Assembly: GCA_013265495.1 (NCBI GenBank)
Contig: MU061560.1
Location: 744,001 to 808,000, forward strand
Length of the DNA: 64,000 nucleotides
From: Vicugna vicugna
Lineage: Eukaryota
Direction: 5' to 3'
Translations under genes and position numbers: made by a program
Notes under the pieces: generated by a model
Databases searched by the model: none
Told to the model about the DNA's origin: nothing
What the model saw: the letters and a program-made list of their open reading frames with translations, nothing else
Shown here: in pieces, positions 11,616 to 25,897 of the stretch
Layout of the letters: every line of letters starts with the position of its first letter
Position numbering within the stretch: the stretch's first letter is position 1

Positions 11616-14194
11616 CTGTTTATGACATTTTGGGGGGGTAATCCTCAAATTACTGCCCTAGATAACCACAAAATACAGATTTAAAAGGTCTTTTTATATT
11701 GCAGGTGTCTATATCATGTATTTTATTTGAGTAGCCAGAATATGTGATTATAAAATTTGTGACTATAAACGGGTCACTTAGCACACTTGTGAAGTACCGA
11801 AGCTGATACATCCAGGAAGTTGCTAAATCTAATTATATTAATTCCTATAATTTATCTCCTTACTTTGGCATTCCTGACAGTTCATTTGCTGAGATATCCC
11901 ATAATGCTTACTTGAAAGACTTTACAACTGCAGTGACATTATCCTCACAGTGATGCAACTAATAGTCAAAAAGACGTGTTTATAGTATTTACACATTAAT
12001 TCCTTTTTGCTTTAAAAAAAAAAAAACCTCACTACTGGTTTTTGTAATGACTCACAAGTCCCGGTACTTACACTGCCTCTCACTTGTCAGTGCTAACCTC
12101 TTCTCTCCCTTTAAATCCCCCAAATCTGCCCAGTGCATTCTTCAGAAAACCTCTGCATTTCCCACGTTTCTCCCCTGCTGAAACGTCTTCTGTGACTCAC
12201 AGTGATCCAATCTGTCACTTGCATTCAAGATTTCCCCCTACACTGTGAGGTGAGAGAGGGTGAGGGAGGGATGAGGGCACAACTGAACTGAGTTCTGAAG
12301 GGCGTGTAAGAGTTAACCTTGCCAAGAGAAGGGAGGGAGGAGGGCAGGAGGGGTGGGGGGTAGGAATCTGAGCAAGATAAACCCCAGGCATTCGTTTGGC
12401 TGGGCGTGGGAGTAGTGGTGATAGGATGAAGTTTGAGAAGATGCAGGCACGGGATCACAGAGAACTTGGAATGCCATGGTGAATGAGGATTTTACTCCCG
12501 TAGGGAACAGCAAGAAACTTAAATCGGGAAGTGATGCACTGAGATTTGAGGAAGTCTACTCTGCTACCTAGGTGGAAAATGGACTGCAGTGAGGCCAGAT
12601 GAAAACAGGAAGGGGGCTTGTTTTGCAAGTAAATTTTTACCTTCTTGACATAAAGCATCACATCTTTACTGCCACTTCTAGCACAGTCTTTGATCAGCAC
12701 TTGAACTTGACAAGTTAATGGTTGATTGGTCAATATTTCCTTGTTCATTCAAGATATCCTAGCCACTCAAATTCAGTTTGCACTTAACCCTTTGGGGCTA
12801 CATCTCTCCTGTGAGTCGCCACAGAGGAGCCAAAATGGGACGATGATAGTTGCATGAATGCTCTTGTCTTGGAAAAAAAAATATCCTCCAAATATAGGCA
12901 GACTCTTCCCAAGTGACAAGAAAAAGTGACAATGTTTGTTGTGGCAAGGTTGATTCTACATCTGGATGATATATCTTTACTGTCATTCTCTTACCTGTAA
13001 GGCTTGGGTATTTATCTGTGATATTTTGGTAGTCTATAATAAGTTCCTACGATCTGTCAAAAAAATTTCCATTTGTTTTCCTCCTTCAAAGGAAAAGGTA
13101 ATAAAGATACAACAATCCTGACATGATGCTCTTCACTTCCATCCCGGGAATGTATTAAGTGAGATTTAAGATTTAGTGGGAATAATTTCTTAAGCTTCTG
13201 ATGAACAACATTTTCTTCTGGATATCAAGGAGTTGCAGAACTTCGATTATGATGCGTTGGCCAATTAATATTGTTAAGCCTACAGCTGATAATTCCAAGA
13301 ACATAAATATGTGGCTTCTTTTCATGGAAATGGAGAGCTGTCTTTTCAAATGCTCAAGATTCTTGTTTCTAAATATGCATTTTTCTTCAAGTCTACATAT
13401 TGGTTGGGCTCCCTGGCTCATTTTAAAGCACTTAAGAACAGAGCAACTGCTTTTATGTTCTATGGCCACCCACCATTAATGGCATCGTACAAAAGCTAAA
13501 CAATAGCTTTTTGAATAATTCTAAGAGGACCTGAAATTCTGCTTACTGTTCTTACCCTACTAAATCAGGGCCGTGAGAGGGCGCACTCTAAGACAGAGAT
13601 TACGTTTTCTACTCGTTCTGTCTATTCCTACTTGCATCACTGCTTTTTACTGTTTAATTCTCCAAGAGGAGTATCGTTTTTAAGTCTTCATACATTTGTA
13701 TACATGAACAAAACAGCTGGAGCCCAGCATTTATCTCAGAACTGTATAATTTAAAATTCTTGACTATCATCTGAGATAGAGCAAAATGATCTTATTAAAG
13801 GCTATATTAATCAAGTCTGATTTTAAGTTCTAGAGCTTTTAGGAAGAAATTTGTTATTGCATTTCATTATTATCATAGATAGGAGAAAACATGCTTGTTG
13901 CCTCAGAAAAGAAAAAAATAAAGCTTTTAATAATGTCTATGGATCAGACCAGAAATTCAATTTGAGTGTAAAAGTACTATTAACTATTTGAAGATAAAAT
14001 AAAGATAAAATAGCCTTATTTTAATACATGGGGAAAAGATGTAAAGCCGATATCCAAAACAATACTTTAGGAGAATGACCCAATGTGAACAAACACTTAG
14101 AATAATTCAAGTGAGCTACCCTCTGTTCCCATGATTGGAACCACTAATACAGGGCATAGATAACATTAAAGCAGTCTTTTAAAAAGCCTAATTG

Positions 14195-14733
14195 GGAAAC
14201 AACCTAAATGTCCATCAACAGATGACTACATAAAGAAGCTGTAGTATATTTATATGATGGAATACTATTCAGCCATAAAAATGATAAAATAATGACATTT
14301 GCAGCAACATGGATGGGAGAATGTCATTCTAAGTGAAATAAGCCAGAAAGAGAAAGAAAAATACCATATGATATCATTCATATGTGGAATCTAAAAAAGA
14401 AGACAAATGAACTTAAATAATACAAAACAGAAATAGGTTCATAGACTTAGAATACAAACTTGTGGTGCCGGGGGGAAGTGGGTGGGAAGGGACAGACTGG
14501 GAGTTTGAGATTTGTAGATACTGACAGGTATATATAGTATAGATAAACAGGTTTATACTGTATAGCACAGGGAAAGATATTCAAGATCTTATAGTAGCTC
14601 ACAGTGAAAAAGAATATGAAAATGAATATTTGTATATTCATGTATGACTGAAAAATTGTGCTCTACACCAGAAATTGACATAACATTATAAACTGACTAT
14701 ACCTCAATTTAAAAACATTAAATTTAATTTTTA
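14195..14733 (+). mobile_element. 5'-truncated L1 3' end
   Basis: ggaaacaacctaaatgtccatcaacagatg through 3' UTR and A-tail. TSD aaaaagcctaa at 14181-91 and 14734-44. Confidence 0.9.
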
Positions 14734-17700
14734 AAAAAGCCTAAGTGAACAGTACCCTCAAGGTGATTGCCTGCATCTCCTGGGACACATAGAGCAGTGT
14801 ACTTTTATAATCAAACACTGCTACAGTCTCATTGATTCTGAAGCACCCCTACCCATGCCCACACTCCAGACCTTCTCCATAAAAGATGTGTTTTGCACAT
14901 TTCTAGGGGTGGGGAGTTAATTTTTTTGTAATCACCATGTTGTTGTCATTCGATTTCCTTTGACTAATTATAATTGGAAGAATTCCTTAAAAACACACAC
15001 ACTCTTTTTTTTTTAAGCTCATTGCAATCGATCTGCTAGACACTGGGCTATACTAAGCAGACATGGAGGTATGTTAAATCAGGTGGCACTACTGACACTG
15101 TAACATTCCCAGCAGCACGGCCATGTATGTATATCCCTGCCACCCAAATATTTTTTTCCTTCTTTCCTGATTTCTCCTACTTTCTAATGACTAGTCCCCT
15201 AGATCCCAGAATTGCTTCATTCCTGGAATTCCTTTCTGGCAACAAATAATTCATACAGGCTTTAAACAATGTCTAACCACCCCCCACCCCAAACCTATTA
15301 ATTGCCTTTTTTGCTACCTGAGCCAATTTTCAGTCTTTTTCCCAGAATTCTTCCTGATCATTGATATTCAAAACATCTTGGCCAGGAAAACCATTTAAGT
15401 AAACAGCATGCCTCAAGGTTTTATGGTGGATTTCCAAAGAAGCTGTAAATTTCATTAGGATATATTATTCATTGTGTTTTATAAGGATTATATACAACAA
15501 TTTAAAACATATCTTTCTTCCTACCCAAGTACCCAAGTAGTGTTGTAAGTAAAGTTTACTTTCAAAGTAAGTAAAAATTTCCCTTTGCTAATACTTGCAA
15601 TTCTTAAATGTCTTCTAGATGACTTTTATAAAAGAATTTTTAAAATCTCCTACAATACAGACTCACTTCACAATGCTGCTATACACCTCTGTCCCCTCCC
15701 CCACCACTCACCACAAGAGATACAGCCAACTTTAAAATGTTCAGCACAATTTAAAATCACAACAAAAGTTAGAGTGATTTACAACGAAAACCACTCACTT
15801 ATATATAAAGGCATTAGAGAGAAGCTGGTGGGTTAAAGACCCTTGCAGGATATTTATCAACAAATCAGTCACATTTATCCCATTCTCTTGTTTTCAACGG
15901 ATTATCTGCTGCCTCGATCTTACAGGTATGTCAACAATTCAGAATTCTCCAGGGCCCTGGAGCTAACAGCAGTTAACACCAGGGTCCTTTCTTCCCGGAA
16001 TTTCTCGTGTTGATACAGGATTCTTTCCAGACTAGCCCTGTTTCAACAACTGCCTGTCTGTTTCAACTTTAGAGACAGGATAGTAACACGGAAATAATAA
16101 AAAAACAATACTCACAACCATAAGGAGCACCCCCCAACCTTTTCAAAGAACTTTAATTAAACAACATACACAAACCACCCTGGTAATTGGTCCATGGTGT
16201 GTTACTGTTAAATTCCTTTGAAGCAGATTTCCTCTGAGTTTCAGAGAGCTGAGGCTTTAGAGTTAAGTAGGTGTTTGTTGCCTCATCTCTTTGCCTGACT
16301 TGCTCTGTGTAGGCTGCTGAGTGTATTTCAGCTTGTTGGGAAGCTCCTGTTGTCATAAAAATACTTCACTTTGTTCCTTGGTTAGCCACTCAAGCAGCTG
16401 CCCTGAGCGTTTGAGCAGAAGTATCATGCCAGTGCCCTTGGTCGAACACTGTCAATTCTGTGAACTGTGAAATATCCCTGCTGTTCCCCCTAGAATGCGC
16501 TTCCTCCAACCCTTCCCCTATGCCCGATCCCACTGAATTTTTGAGACCTAAAATCCCAGTTCCTCTGAGAAGCTTTCCAAGTAATCACACTTCTAAACTC
16601 TGTAACTTGTTGGCTGTTCTTCCGGGTAGCGTACCACTGTTTACATTTGATAACACAGTTTTTTAGAGGGCAGTTTCCTTCTGCAGACTTTAAACTCCTT
16701 GCTTTAAAGCAAGCAGAGTGTCTGTTCAATTCTACATACCTGTGCAACTTCATGTGTGGTGCATGAAGTAAAGGCTCACTTGGTAGTTCTTGAACTCACC
16801 AAGCAACATGAACATTGTAGAGAGGACAGACCATGTGTGGGATTGGGACTGAGTGTGCAATAAATGTTGACAGGCTGACTCATTCTTCTTATGTGAAATG
16901 GATCCTATCTATCTCATAAAATTGTTATAAGGAAACAATAAAATGCAAACGTATTCTTGAACAGGGTTAGGCACACAGTAGATACTCAGCAAATGCTCCT
17001 TTCTGTTCATTCCGCACATTTATTGAATAGTGTATGTCCGGTTGCTCTTCCTGGCCAGCCATTCTCAGAGAGCAAGACAGAGTATTTAACGTGCATCCTT
17101 CATGTCCCCCAAGCAGAAGTAGCTTGTTTGGCTCCAGTTTAGCGCTCGACCTGCAGACTCAAGGGGTACCACCACCCCACTGGTCAAAAACTGGCCACAC
17201 CTGCACTGGGGTCCTTAGTCAGACTCCTAAATGTACATTTAGGCTTTTTTTCTCCATGTGCTGTGGCAGTTTTGTGTCATCCAGACCATCCCACTCTCAC
17301 GGAGCTATCTCAGTTTCCTCATCTGTAACACGGGGATTAAAGCATCCTACCTCACAAGCTTTTTTCCCCGCTGGAAATATAAATAATGTAATGAATGCAT
17401 ACTACCTAGTCCAATTCCCGGAACATAGTAGGCACACAATTACATCAACTATAATCGTCAAACATCTTCTCTTTACTTCTTAAGTATGTAAATATTGACT
17501 GACCCTTGAAGATTCCTTTACACAAATAGAACACAATACAGCCTCCCAGGGTCTGCTGTTTTAAATCTCTGATCTGGTCTGCAAGCATTTATGTTTTTCC
17601 TAATAGGTTCTACATTTAACATTGCCCAAGTTAAGTTCCTAGAGAAACAGTTCAGCATGGCAGAAAGCAACTGATATCCCAACTTAATTGTTCAATTTCT

Positions 17701-18435
17701 TTCCTCTTCTCTTTCTTCTCTTTTCCATAATAAGCCTATAATACTTGTATAATATAAAAATAAATTAAACAACTAATAAAAGAATTACTGTGTGGCTCTG
17801 ATCATCTGACCTTCAGGAGGGGAGAAATGACATATTATGTTCTCTTAAATTTTTACAGCTGGTTTGCCATCTTCTTCCCCTTCCACCTTCACTGATTATC
17901 AATTACAAATATAGTGTTGTTTTTCTTTTTTAAACTCCCATTCACCGGGGCCAAAGTCCCCTTCCTTCTCCTCTTGGCCAACCGCGGGGTGGTGTGATTG
18001 TTTCCCAGCCCAAAGCTTCCTACCCACCTTTTTCACTTCCTAGATCAACCATTCACTCCGTACACTGAGTGGAGTGCCCCGAAGTACCTGGGCGAGGCAC
18101 CGCAATCCCAATTTACAAATTGTACGAGCGCCAGTACTCTCAGGTTTTCTTATTAAAAATATTTATTGGGGCGGGGGGGTCATTGCTTTTTAAAAAATCT
18201 AATAAAAGCTAGGGGCGTTTTCTCTCAGAAAAAATGATCATACCAAATTTCTGCAAATAATTTCAAAGCTGTTACAGATAATATACGTAGATACCTATAT
18301 GACAAAGATGAGTAAGAGGTTATTTTTTAAAAGAGTGCTTTCCCCAAGTAACCTGGTCTGAGTCTGCAGGCGCGACAGGTCGTACAAAGGGACGGCGAGC
18401 AACAGGTGGGCAGAACCCCAGCTCCCGCGCTCTCA

Positions 18436-18849
<414 letters not shown>

Positions 18850-18900
18850 NNNNNNNNNNNNNNNNNNNNNNNNNNNNNNNNNNNNNNNNNNNNNNNNNNN
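18850..18900. other. Assembly gap (51 N) in the PKP2 5' UTR / TSS region
   Basis: Run of N. Confidence 1.
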
Positions 18901-20419
18901 CGCCGGTGAGAGGCCGCAGCTGGGGGAGCGCGGCCTCGGGAGCCGGGCACCGGGCCTGCCCGGGGGAGGGGGCGCGGCTCCAGCCGGGCAGGCGCACTGG
19001 GCCCGGGAGCGGGGCCGCGCGGGCCGCGCGCGCCGGCACCTGGAGCGCTGGATCGCCCGCGGGGAAGCGGGGAAAGGGGGCGCTGCCCGCGCCGGGTCGC
19101 GCACACCCTCCGAGTCACTTCGGATCCTTGCCCGCCCGGCCGCGCCCGGCTCGCGTGGCCTGGCTTGGCCTCCGCCCGGCCCTCGGAAAGGATGTGATTT
19201 CCGCCCTCCAGGCAGGTGCGCCCTGCAGAGGCACGTCAGTTCTTGGGCCGGGGTTTGCCTCTGGGATCCCCAAGTGAGTAGTCTGTCTGGTTAGTCAGGC
19301 TTTGCCAGACTTAGAAACATTTCGTGGACCTCAGGTGAGAAAGGGCTATTAGGTCGGCCGGAAGTCAGCAGGAGGGAAACGTGCCAAGATGACATGTGTA
19401 AAATACAAGATTTTAAAAAATAGTTTGTTTTTTTTCTTTAGTACATTTACAGGCACTGTGTCTTTTTTGCACAGATGCAGTGCCAGAAACACATGTTCTT
19501 TCTCATTGAGAGGTTCTGTTTTCCCTTGCACATTCACAGATTGTACCCAGTACATGCTTGCTCACCCACTTTTACGAACACACCCACACAGAGCAACTCC
19601 AGTAAGAGGCTCTGGGGAAGAGCAGGCTTTCAGTAAGTGGTGCTTTTTAACAGCCCTGCGAGTGTTAAGTCCTCTTTGTGGTAGGCTCGCTGTTGGGGCC
19701 CATGGAAGGAGCCTCTGACTTTCACGGCGTATCTTCCACAACTTATACTTCCCTTGCTATTAATTATGCTTCACACTTGCTTGACTACTGAGATCTTGAG
19801 AGCTAAGTTCAACAGAAGGGGTCCTTGACCTTAACGTTTACAACCTAAGCCACTTGTTCTGCGGTCCCTTTTTGGACTTGAGAGGCAGAAAGAAAAACAT
19901 CTACCCCCAGTATTAAGTAAGATAATCTTCCCTTTGATTGCTTAGGATTGTATGTGTACTTTCCCTCAAATCACTCAATTATCGCCCAGCCCCTCTTCTT
20001 CAGGATTGGAGTGGCTGAGAACACAGCTTCCCCCATCCCCATTTTCCTGTGGCGTATCCTTCTATGTTTACACATGCATTTAATGCACAGGTGCAAGGCC
20101 TTCCAGGGCGTGAAGAGGAAATCGAGGAGCCAAAAGCCTGGACAACGGAGTGGTGATAGTTCTGCCACCCTTTCCCAGCTGGCTACGTGGCTTAAGCGAC
20201 ACCATGTGGATGGTGAATTTTAGAAGCAATTCCTGTTATCCTAGGAGAACCAGTCTTGAGGTAGGTTATGCATTGTGAAGAACTCAATTATATAGCCACA
20301 TGTTAACGTTCAAACCTGGTGCTGAGATTCAGTTGAAGAGAGGGGGGTGAATGGAAGGGGAAGCAGTAACAATGACTTCCAGCAACAAACTTGGGTGATT
20401 GGACAGGAGGTAGGTGGTT

Positions 20420-20940
20420 AAAAGCACAGCTTGTTGGGTGAGGCAGAGCTAGGTTCAAATCTTGCCTTGCCCTTTGTATACTGCGTGGCCTTAAGCAAAT
20501 TGCTTTACATTTCAAGTCTCAATTTTCTTACCTGTAAAATGGAAGAAGTAAAACTACCTACCATGAAGTGCTACTGTGGGCATTAAATAAGTAGTTCGTA
20601 AGAAATTGTTCAGTGCTTCTTAACAAACATCCCCCTGACATCCACACACACAGAGTCACTCACTATTTCCCTTCTCTGCTTCATTTTTATTCATATTACT
20701 TATTTTCCTACATACACTTTACATTTTACTTATTTGTTGATTGTCTCCCTAATGGAATGTGAGCGCTGTGAAAGCAGGGGCTTTGTTTTGTTCACAGCTG
20801 TCTCCAGGACCTAGAATACTGCCCATAGTAGACACTAGGTATATATCGAATGAGTGAGTGAATGAATGAATGAACGATGTATAAAAGCACTTAGTATATT
20901 ACATGGTATACAATGAGTGCTCAACAAATGTTAATAATTA
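20420..20940. mobile_element. MIR interrupted by an L2 3' end
   Basis: MIR core (ccttaagcaaattgctttacatttcaagtctcaattttcttacctgtaaaatgg) and an L2 tail ending tgaatgaatgaatgaa at ~20873. Confidence 0.65.
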
Positions 20941-21499
20941 TGTAGTGTTTCAAAAGTTACTCTTTTGGTAACTTGTTCTCATCTTTTAAAAAGTCATGTA
21001 GATATTGTATATTCTAGGTATTCTACTAGCTATGGAATAGCCCCTGTAAATAAAAAACAAACTAAGATAATTTTTGATAAGATAACTAAGATAACTTTCA
21101 GAATTCAGTGATTCACTAGAACAATCCCTTTGAAAATAAGATCAATATATAAATTAATTAAAAGGATACCTTTGGAGGTAAGGATCCTATTGCAATGGCA
21201 ATAGTTAATTACAGGGTGAGGAATATGAACCCTGGCATGGTGCCCCCAAAGGTGGTCTAGGTGTGTATCTGTCAAAGCGCAGGCCCTGTCATGTTCTTTG
21301 CGTTTCCTGGGAAAGCTGCCTAGCCGACTTCCTGAACTGTGAGCAAGCTCTGAAATGACTCCTGAACACAGTTTCCAGCCAACAAATAGAAGCATGGAAA
21401 TTAAATGCTATATATGAGTCCTTTTGTGGTGTTTGGCTGTTCTAGTCTGCTACTTTTTAGTATTTATTTAATTTCATTTTCTTTCTTTCTTTGTGTTTT

Positions 21500-21612
21500 T
21501 GGGGGGAGGGGAATTAGGTTTGTCTTTAGTTAGTTATCATTATTTTTCTAATGGAGGCACTGGGGATTGATCCCAGGACCTCATGCATACCAAGCATGCG
21601 CTCTGCCTCCCT
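21500..21612 (-). mobile_element. tRNA-derived SINE (vic-1-like), partial head
   Basis: gaattaggttt...tggaggcactggggattgatcccaggacctcatgcat. Confidence 0.8.
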
Positions 21613-22706
21613 AATTTTCAGTATTTAAGTTCAGATTGAAAGCTCTTCCATTTCTTTGTTTTTCATTTACCAACAGAATCTGATAAAAGAAAAAAAAAGA
21701 AAAGAAAACCACAAGAATATTGAAATGGAATGTAAATAACAGATAACAATTATGAGGCTACAGTTCCTTCTGCTAACAACCTACAATAAAGATTCAAATG
21801 TGTGGGTGCCGGACACCACTCTCTGGTGGGGACTGCAGAGCAGTGAGGGTCAAAGTGCTAACCTTTCATGCAGATGCTCGTTGTGTCTGCTCTTTTGGAT
21901 GTATAGGGCTAAAAATTATTCTTTTAAAAAGATTCCGAATATGGGTGTGGGAGGTGGAAACCAGGTGGGCCACCATGAAGGCTGCAATGAGCAATTTGTT
22001 CACACCGAGGCTTTCAAGACAGCTCCTTTCGTGACCCATGGGCCTGCGTGTGTTCCGCCGTCAGTTAAAATGATTACCCTCTGGGTGGATGACTTTGGCT
22101 GCTACACGATCGGTTGTCAGATCTTTCATCCGATGGCCAGCGAGGCTACAAGTAGGGAACACCTCGGTTCATTTCCACCATGCGTTCTTGGCTTCATAAG
22201 AGACGATGTTTCTCCCTTCTCTGTCTCTGTCCCCAGAACCTAGCAATGAGATAACAAGCAGGTGCTCATTTTGAATAATTAGTTTGCCTCTGTGTGGACC
22301 TAGGTGCAGCTGAGCAAAAGGATCCTGAAGGAGGTGGCCTGGCCTGAAATAAAATCTCAGTGACTGGAGTGCCTAAGGGAGCACAATGTTTAGTGTTCTT
22401 TAAGCTGATGAAGCTATCAGAGAAATTTGGAAGAATTCATGTTTTATAACTTTGTAGAAGATCTAGGAACCCAGCATCAGGCATTGTTTTAATTTTAAAA
22501 AGTATTGTACTATAACTTTTTGAATTGATTGGAAATTGTGTGAATGTAAGATGTTGATTGATATATGTGTATGTGTATCCATTCACAAATAAGTTATCTA
22601 CATTTTTAATTTGTCTTCTGTTTTACATACACCCTATTATTTTTTTGAAATTCTAAAAACCGAAATATTATATTCCATATAGGAAAATAATACTGGCTTG
22701 GATTTT

Positions 22707-24318
22707 TTTTTAATTAAAAAAATTTTTTATTGAGTGATAGTCATTTTACAATGTTGTGCCAAATTCTAGAGTAGAGCACAATTTTTCAGTTATACACGAA
22801 CATATATATATTCATTGTCACATTTTTTTCGCTATGAGTTACCACAAGATCTTGTGTATATTTCCCTGTGCTATACAATATAATCTTGTTTATCCTTTAT
22901 TTTAGAATTCCAGTCTGTCCCTTCCCACCCCCCCACCCCCTTGGCAACCACAAGTTTGTATTCTATGTCTATGAGTCTGTTTCTGTTTTGTGTTTATATG
23001 TGTTTCTTTGTAGATGAGTTTGTTAGTGTCCTCTTTTTTCTTTCTGGTCATCTGTAGATGAATATTTAGGTTGTTTCCATGTCTTGGCTATTATAAATAG
23101 TGCTACTGTGAACACTGGGGTGCAGGTGTCATTCTGAAGTAGGGTTCCTTCTGGATATATGCCCAGGAGCGGGATTCCTGGGTCATATGGTAAGTCTGTT
23201 CCTAGTCTTTTGAGGGATCTCCATACTGTTTTCCACAGTGGCTTTCCTTGCTTCCCTCTCCCACTCTTAATGATTTAGTTGTCTTCTTTTATAATTTTGT
23301 ATTTATTCTTTTTGTAATTCATGGCAGTTATCTCCTTTCCAGTTATGAGTTTCTCATTTCTGTAGCATCCTGCTTCTTTTCTATTTAGAGTAGACCTGTC
23401 AATATTTCTTTTAGCATGGGTCTAGTGTTGCTAAACTCTTTTAGTTTTTCTTGTCTGTGAAGTTCTTTCTCTCTCCTTCTAATCTAAAGGATAGCCTTGC
23501 TGGATAGAGTATCCTAGGCTGCATCTTTTTTTCATTCAGGACTTTGAATGTATCTTGCCACTCCCTTCAGGCCTGTAAGATCTGTGTAGAGAAATCTTAT
23601 GGGGGTTCCCTTGTAACTCACTCTTTGTTTTTCTCTTGCTGCCTTTAGGATCATTTCTTTATCCGTGACTCTGGCCATCTTGATTATGATATGTCTTGGT
23701 GTGGATCTGTTTGGGTTCTTCCTGTTTGGGACCCTCTGAACCTCCTGTACTTGGATATCTGATTCCTTCTTTNNNNNNNNNNNNNNNNNNNNNNNNNNNN
23801 NNNNNNNNNNNNNNNNNNNNNNNNNNNNNNNNCCCCTTCTGGCTACTGTGCGTAGATTGGCATGCTTTATATTATCCCATAGGTCCCTTATATTGTTTTC
23901 ATTGTTTTTTATTTGTTTTTGTCTCAGCTATTCTGATTGGGAGCTTTCTGTTGTCCTGTCTTCTAGGTCACTTAGTCATTCCTCTGCATTTTCTAGCCTG
24001 CTTTGTACAGCCTTTAGGTCAGCTCTCATCTTAGCAAATGAGTTTACTAATTCTACTTGGTTCTTCTTTATAGCTTCTATTTCATTTTTGACATATTTTA
24101 TATCTCTAAACACTATTTCTTTTAGTTCCTTCAGTACTTTGATCACTCATTTTTTGAAATCTTGATCTAGTAGATCATCGAGGTCTATTTCCTTAATTGT
24201 GCTTTCAGGGGATTTCTTTCGATCTTTTAATTGGGAGTGGTTCCTCTGCTTCTTCATATTGCCCATATCTCTCTGGCACTGTGGCTTAAGGAGTATCAGT
24301 TATCTAGTTCTCCTGAAG
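22707..24318 (-). mobile_element. L1-derived insertion: degraded ORF1 (24266-23385) joined directly to the ORF2 3' end and 3' UTR
   Basis: Minus-strand translation MGNMKKQRNHSQLK...NENNIRDLWDNIKHANLR...LQPRILYPARLSF...LKEILTGLL* (L1 ORF1p with internal stops). Junction to the late-ORF2 motif at ~23242. 14-bp TSD ctggcttggatttt at 22693-22706 and 24319-24332. Confidence 0.88.
23773..23832. other. Assembly gap (60 N) within the L1 ORF1 remnant
   Basis: Run of N. Confidence 1.
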
Positions 24319-24614
24319 CTGGCTTGGATTTTGAAAGCCTCATCACCCACCTTTTTTCCTTCACTAACGTTATTATGGAATGATACTTTAAAACACCCCC
24401 ATAGAATGGTAGAGTGATATAAATAGGTTCTTGGGGACTAACAGAGCTGGGTTTGATTTGTTGCTTTACTGTGTGACCTTAGGCAAGTTACTTAAATTTA
24501 CTGAGCTTCAAATTCTTTATTTGTAATGGGATGTCTTTAATAGTTTGACATCACAGGATTGTTTAAAAAATTCATTTAGATACTCACTATGAAACATTTA
24601 GATCTCCTAGTCCA

Positions 24615-25255
24615 TGTTTAGGTTATCATTTATCTATTATTGCAAAAAACCCCATCCCAACATTTAAGAGCTTAAAACAACACATAGACTTGGGGGGAGG
24701 GTATAGCTCAGTGGTACAGTACTTGCTTAGCATGCATGAGGTCCTGGGTTCAATCCCCAGTACCGCCATTAAAATAAATAAACCTAATTACCCCTCCCCT
24801 CCCAAAACAACATTGACTTATTTCTCATGATTTAGTGGTTGACTCCACAGTTCTTCTATGGGTCTTACCTAAGTTCATTCATATGGCTGAGATCACATAA
24901 TGGCTTGGCTTGGCTTGGCTTGGCTGGGACTGGCTGGCTTGTAAGACAGCCATTCTCATGAATCTGTTGTGTGGCTGGAATAGCTCCGATGGTTGACCCT
25001 CTATTTCTACGTGGCCACTCCTCCTCTAGTAGGCTGATTTGGGCTTCTTTAGAGTGGTCTTGAGCAGCATTCTCAGAGAGCAAGAGCAGAAGCAATAGAT
25101 CTTTTTAAGCCTAGACTCTAACACTTGGCCAATGTCCACCTTCTGTTCATTAAAGCGAGTCACAAGACCAGCCCAGATGCAATGGGTGGTGAAAGAGTCA
25201 CTTCTTAAGGGAGAGGTCACAAAGTTTTACTGTGGCTGTCTTTGTAAACCATCCA
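24615..25255 (-). mobile_element. MaLR MLT1-type LTR containing a vic-1-like SINE (~24692-24803, +)
   Basis: MLT1-like ends (cttaaaacaac...cttatttctcatgatt; gtcacaagaccagcccagat). The SINE has A/B boxes and is flanked by aaaacaaca repeats. Confidence 0.7.
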
Positions 25256-25897
25256 GCATCCTTCCTGCTCCATAGATGGTAGCTGCTACTATTATTATTA
25301 TTTAGAATTGTCTTGTCTCTCGAACATTGGCAGGATTATAGTTACTATCTTTTGATGGCTTGAGGAATGAAGCTAAAGGAAAGCAGTCGTGATTAGTGGA
25401 TAGGGGGTAGCTCCCTGCTTGTTATATAAGTGAATTTAAACTTTATTCAGAAGAGCCTTGGATATACTTGGAAATCAAGTATGGTTAATCCAGACATATT
25501 TCATTGGATATGAAGGGTTCCTTGCTAGTCCTCTACTGGTTCAAAAATGGTTGGAGTTCCGATTTGTTCACCATCTTAGTGATGTCACTGGTGCTCCAAT
25601 GACAATCATTTTGGATTATATTTAGAATATACTTATTAATAATTTAAAAATTAATAGACATAAAGAATTGAACCTCAAAAGTGATTGGTAGTATAATTTT
25701 ACTGTGGCATTCCCTCTTACCATGATGAAAGAAAAATACACAATACTTTTACCAATAGTAAGAAGGAAAGTGTATTGTTCACTTAGAATGTGGTCGTTAT
25801 AGTCCAAAAGAACAGCAGTTGCCAAGAGACTATGTAGGTGAGAAAGGATAGATAATTGTCAGTCCAACTCCATTATTTTACATTGTTATTCCGTTAT

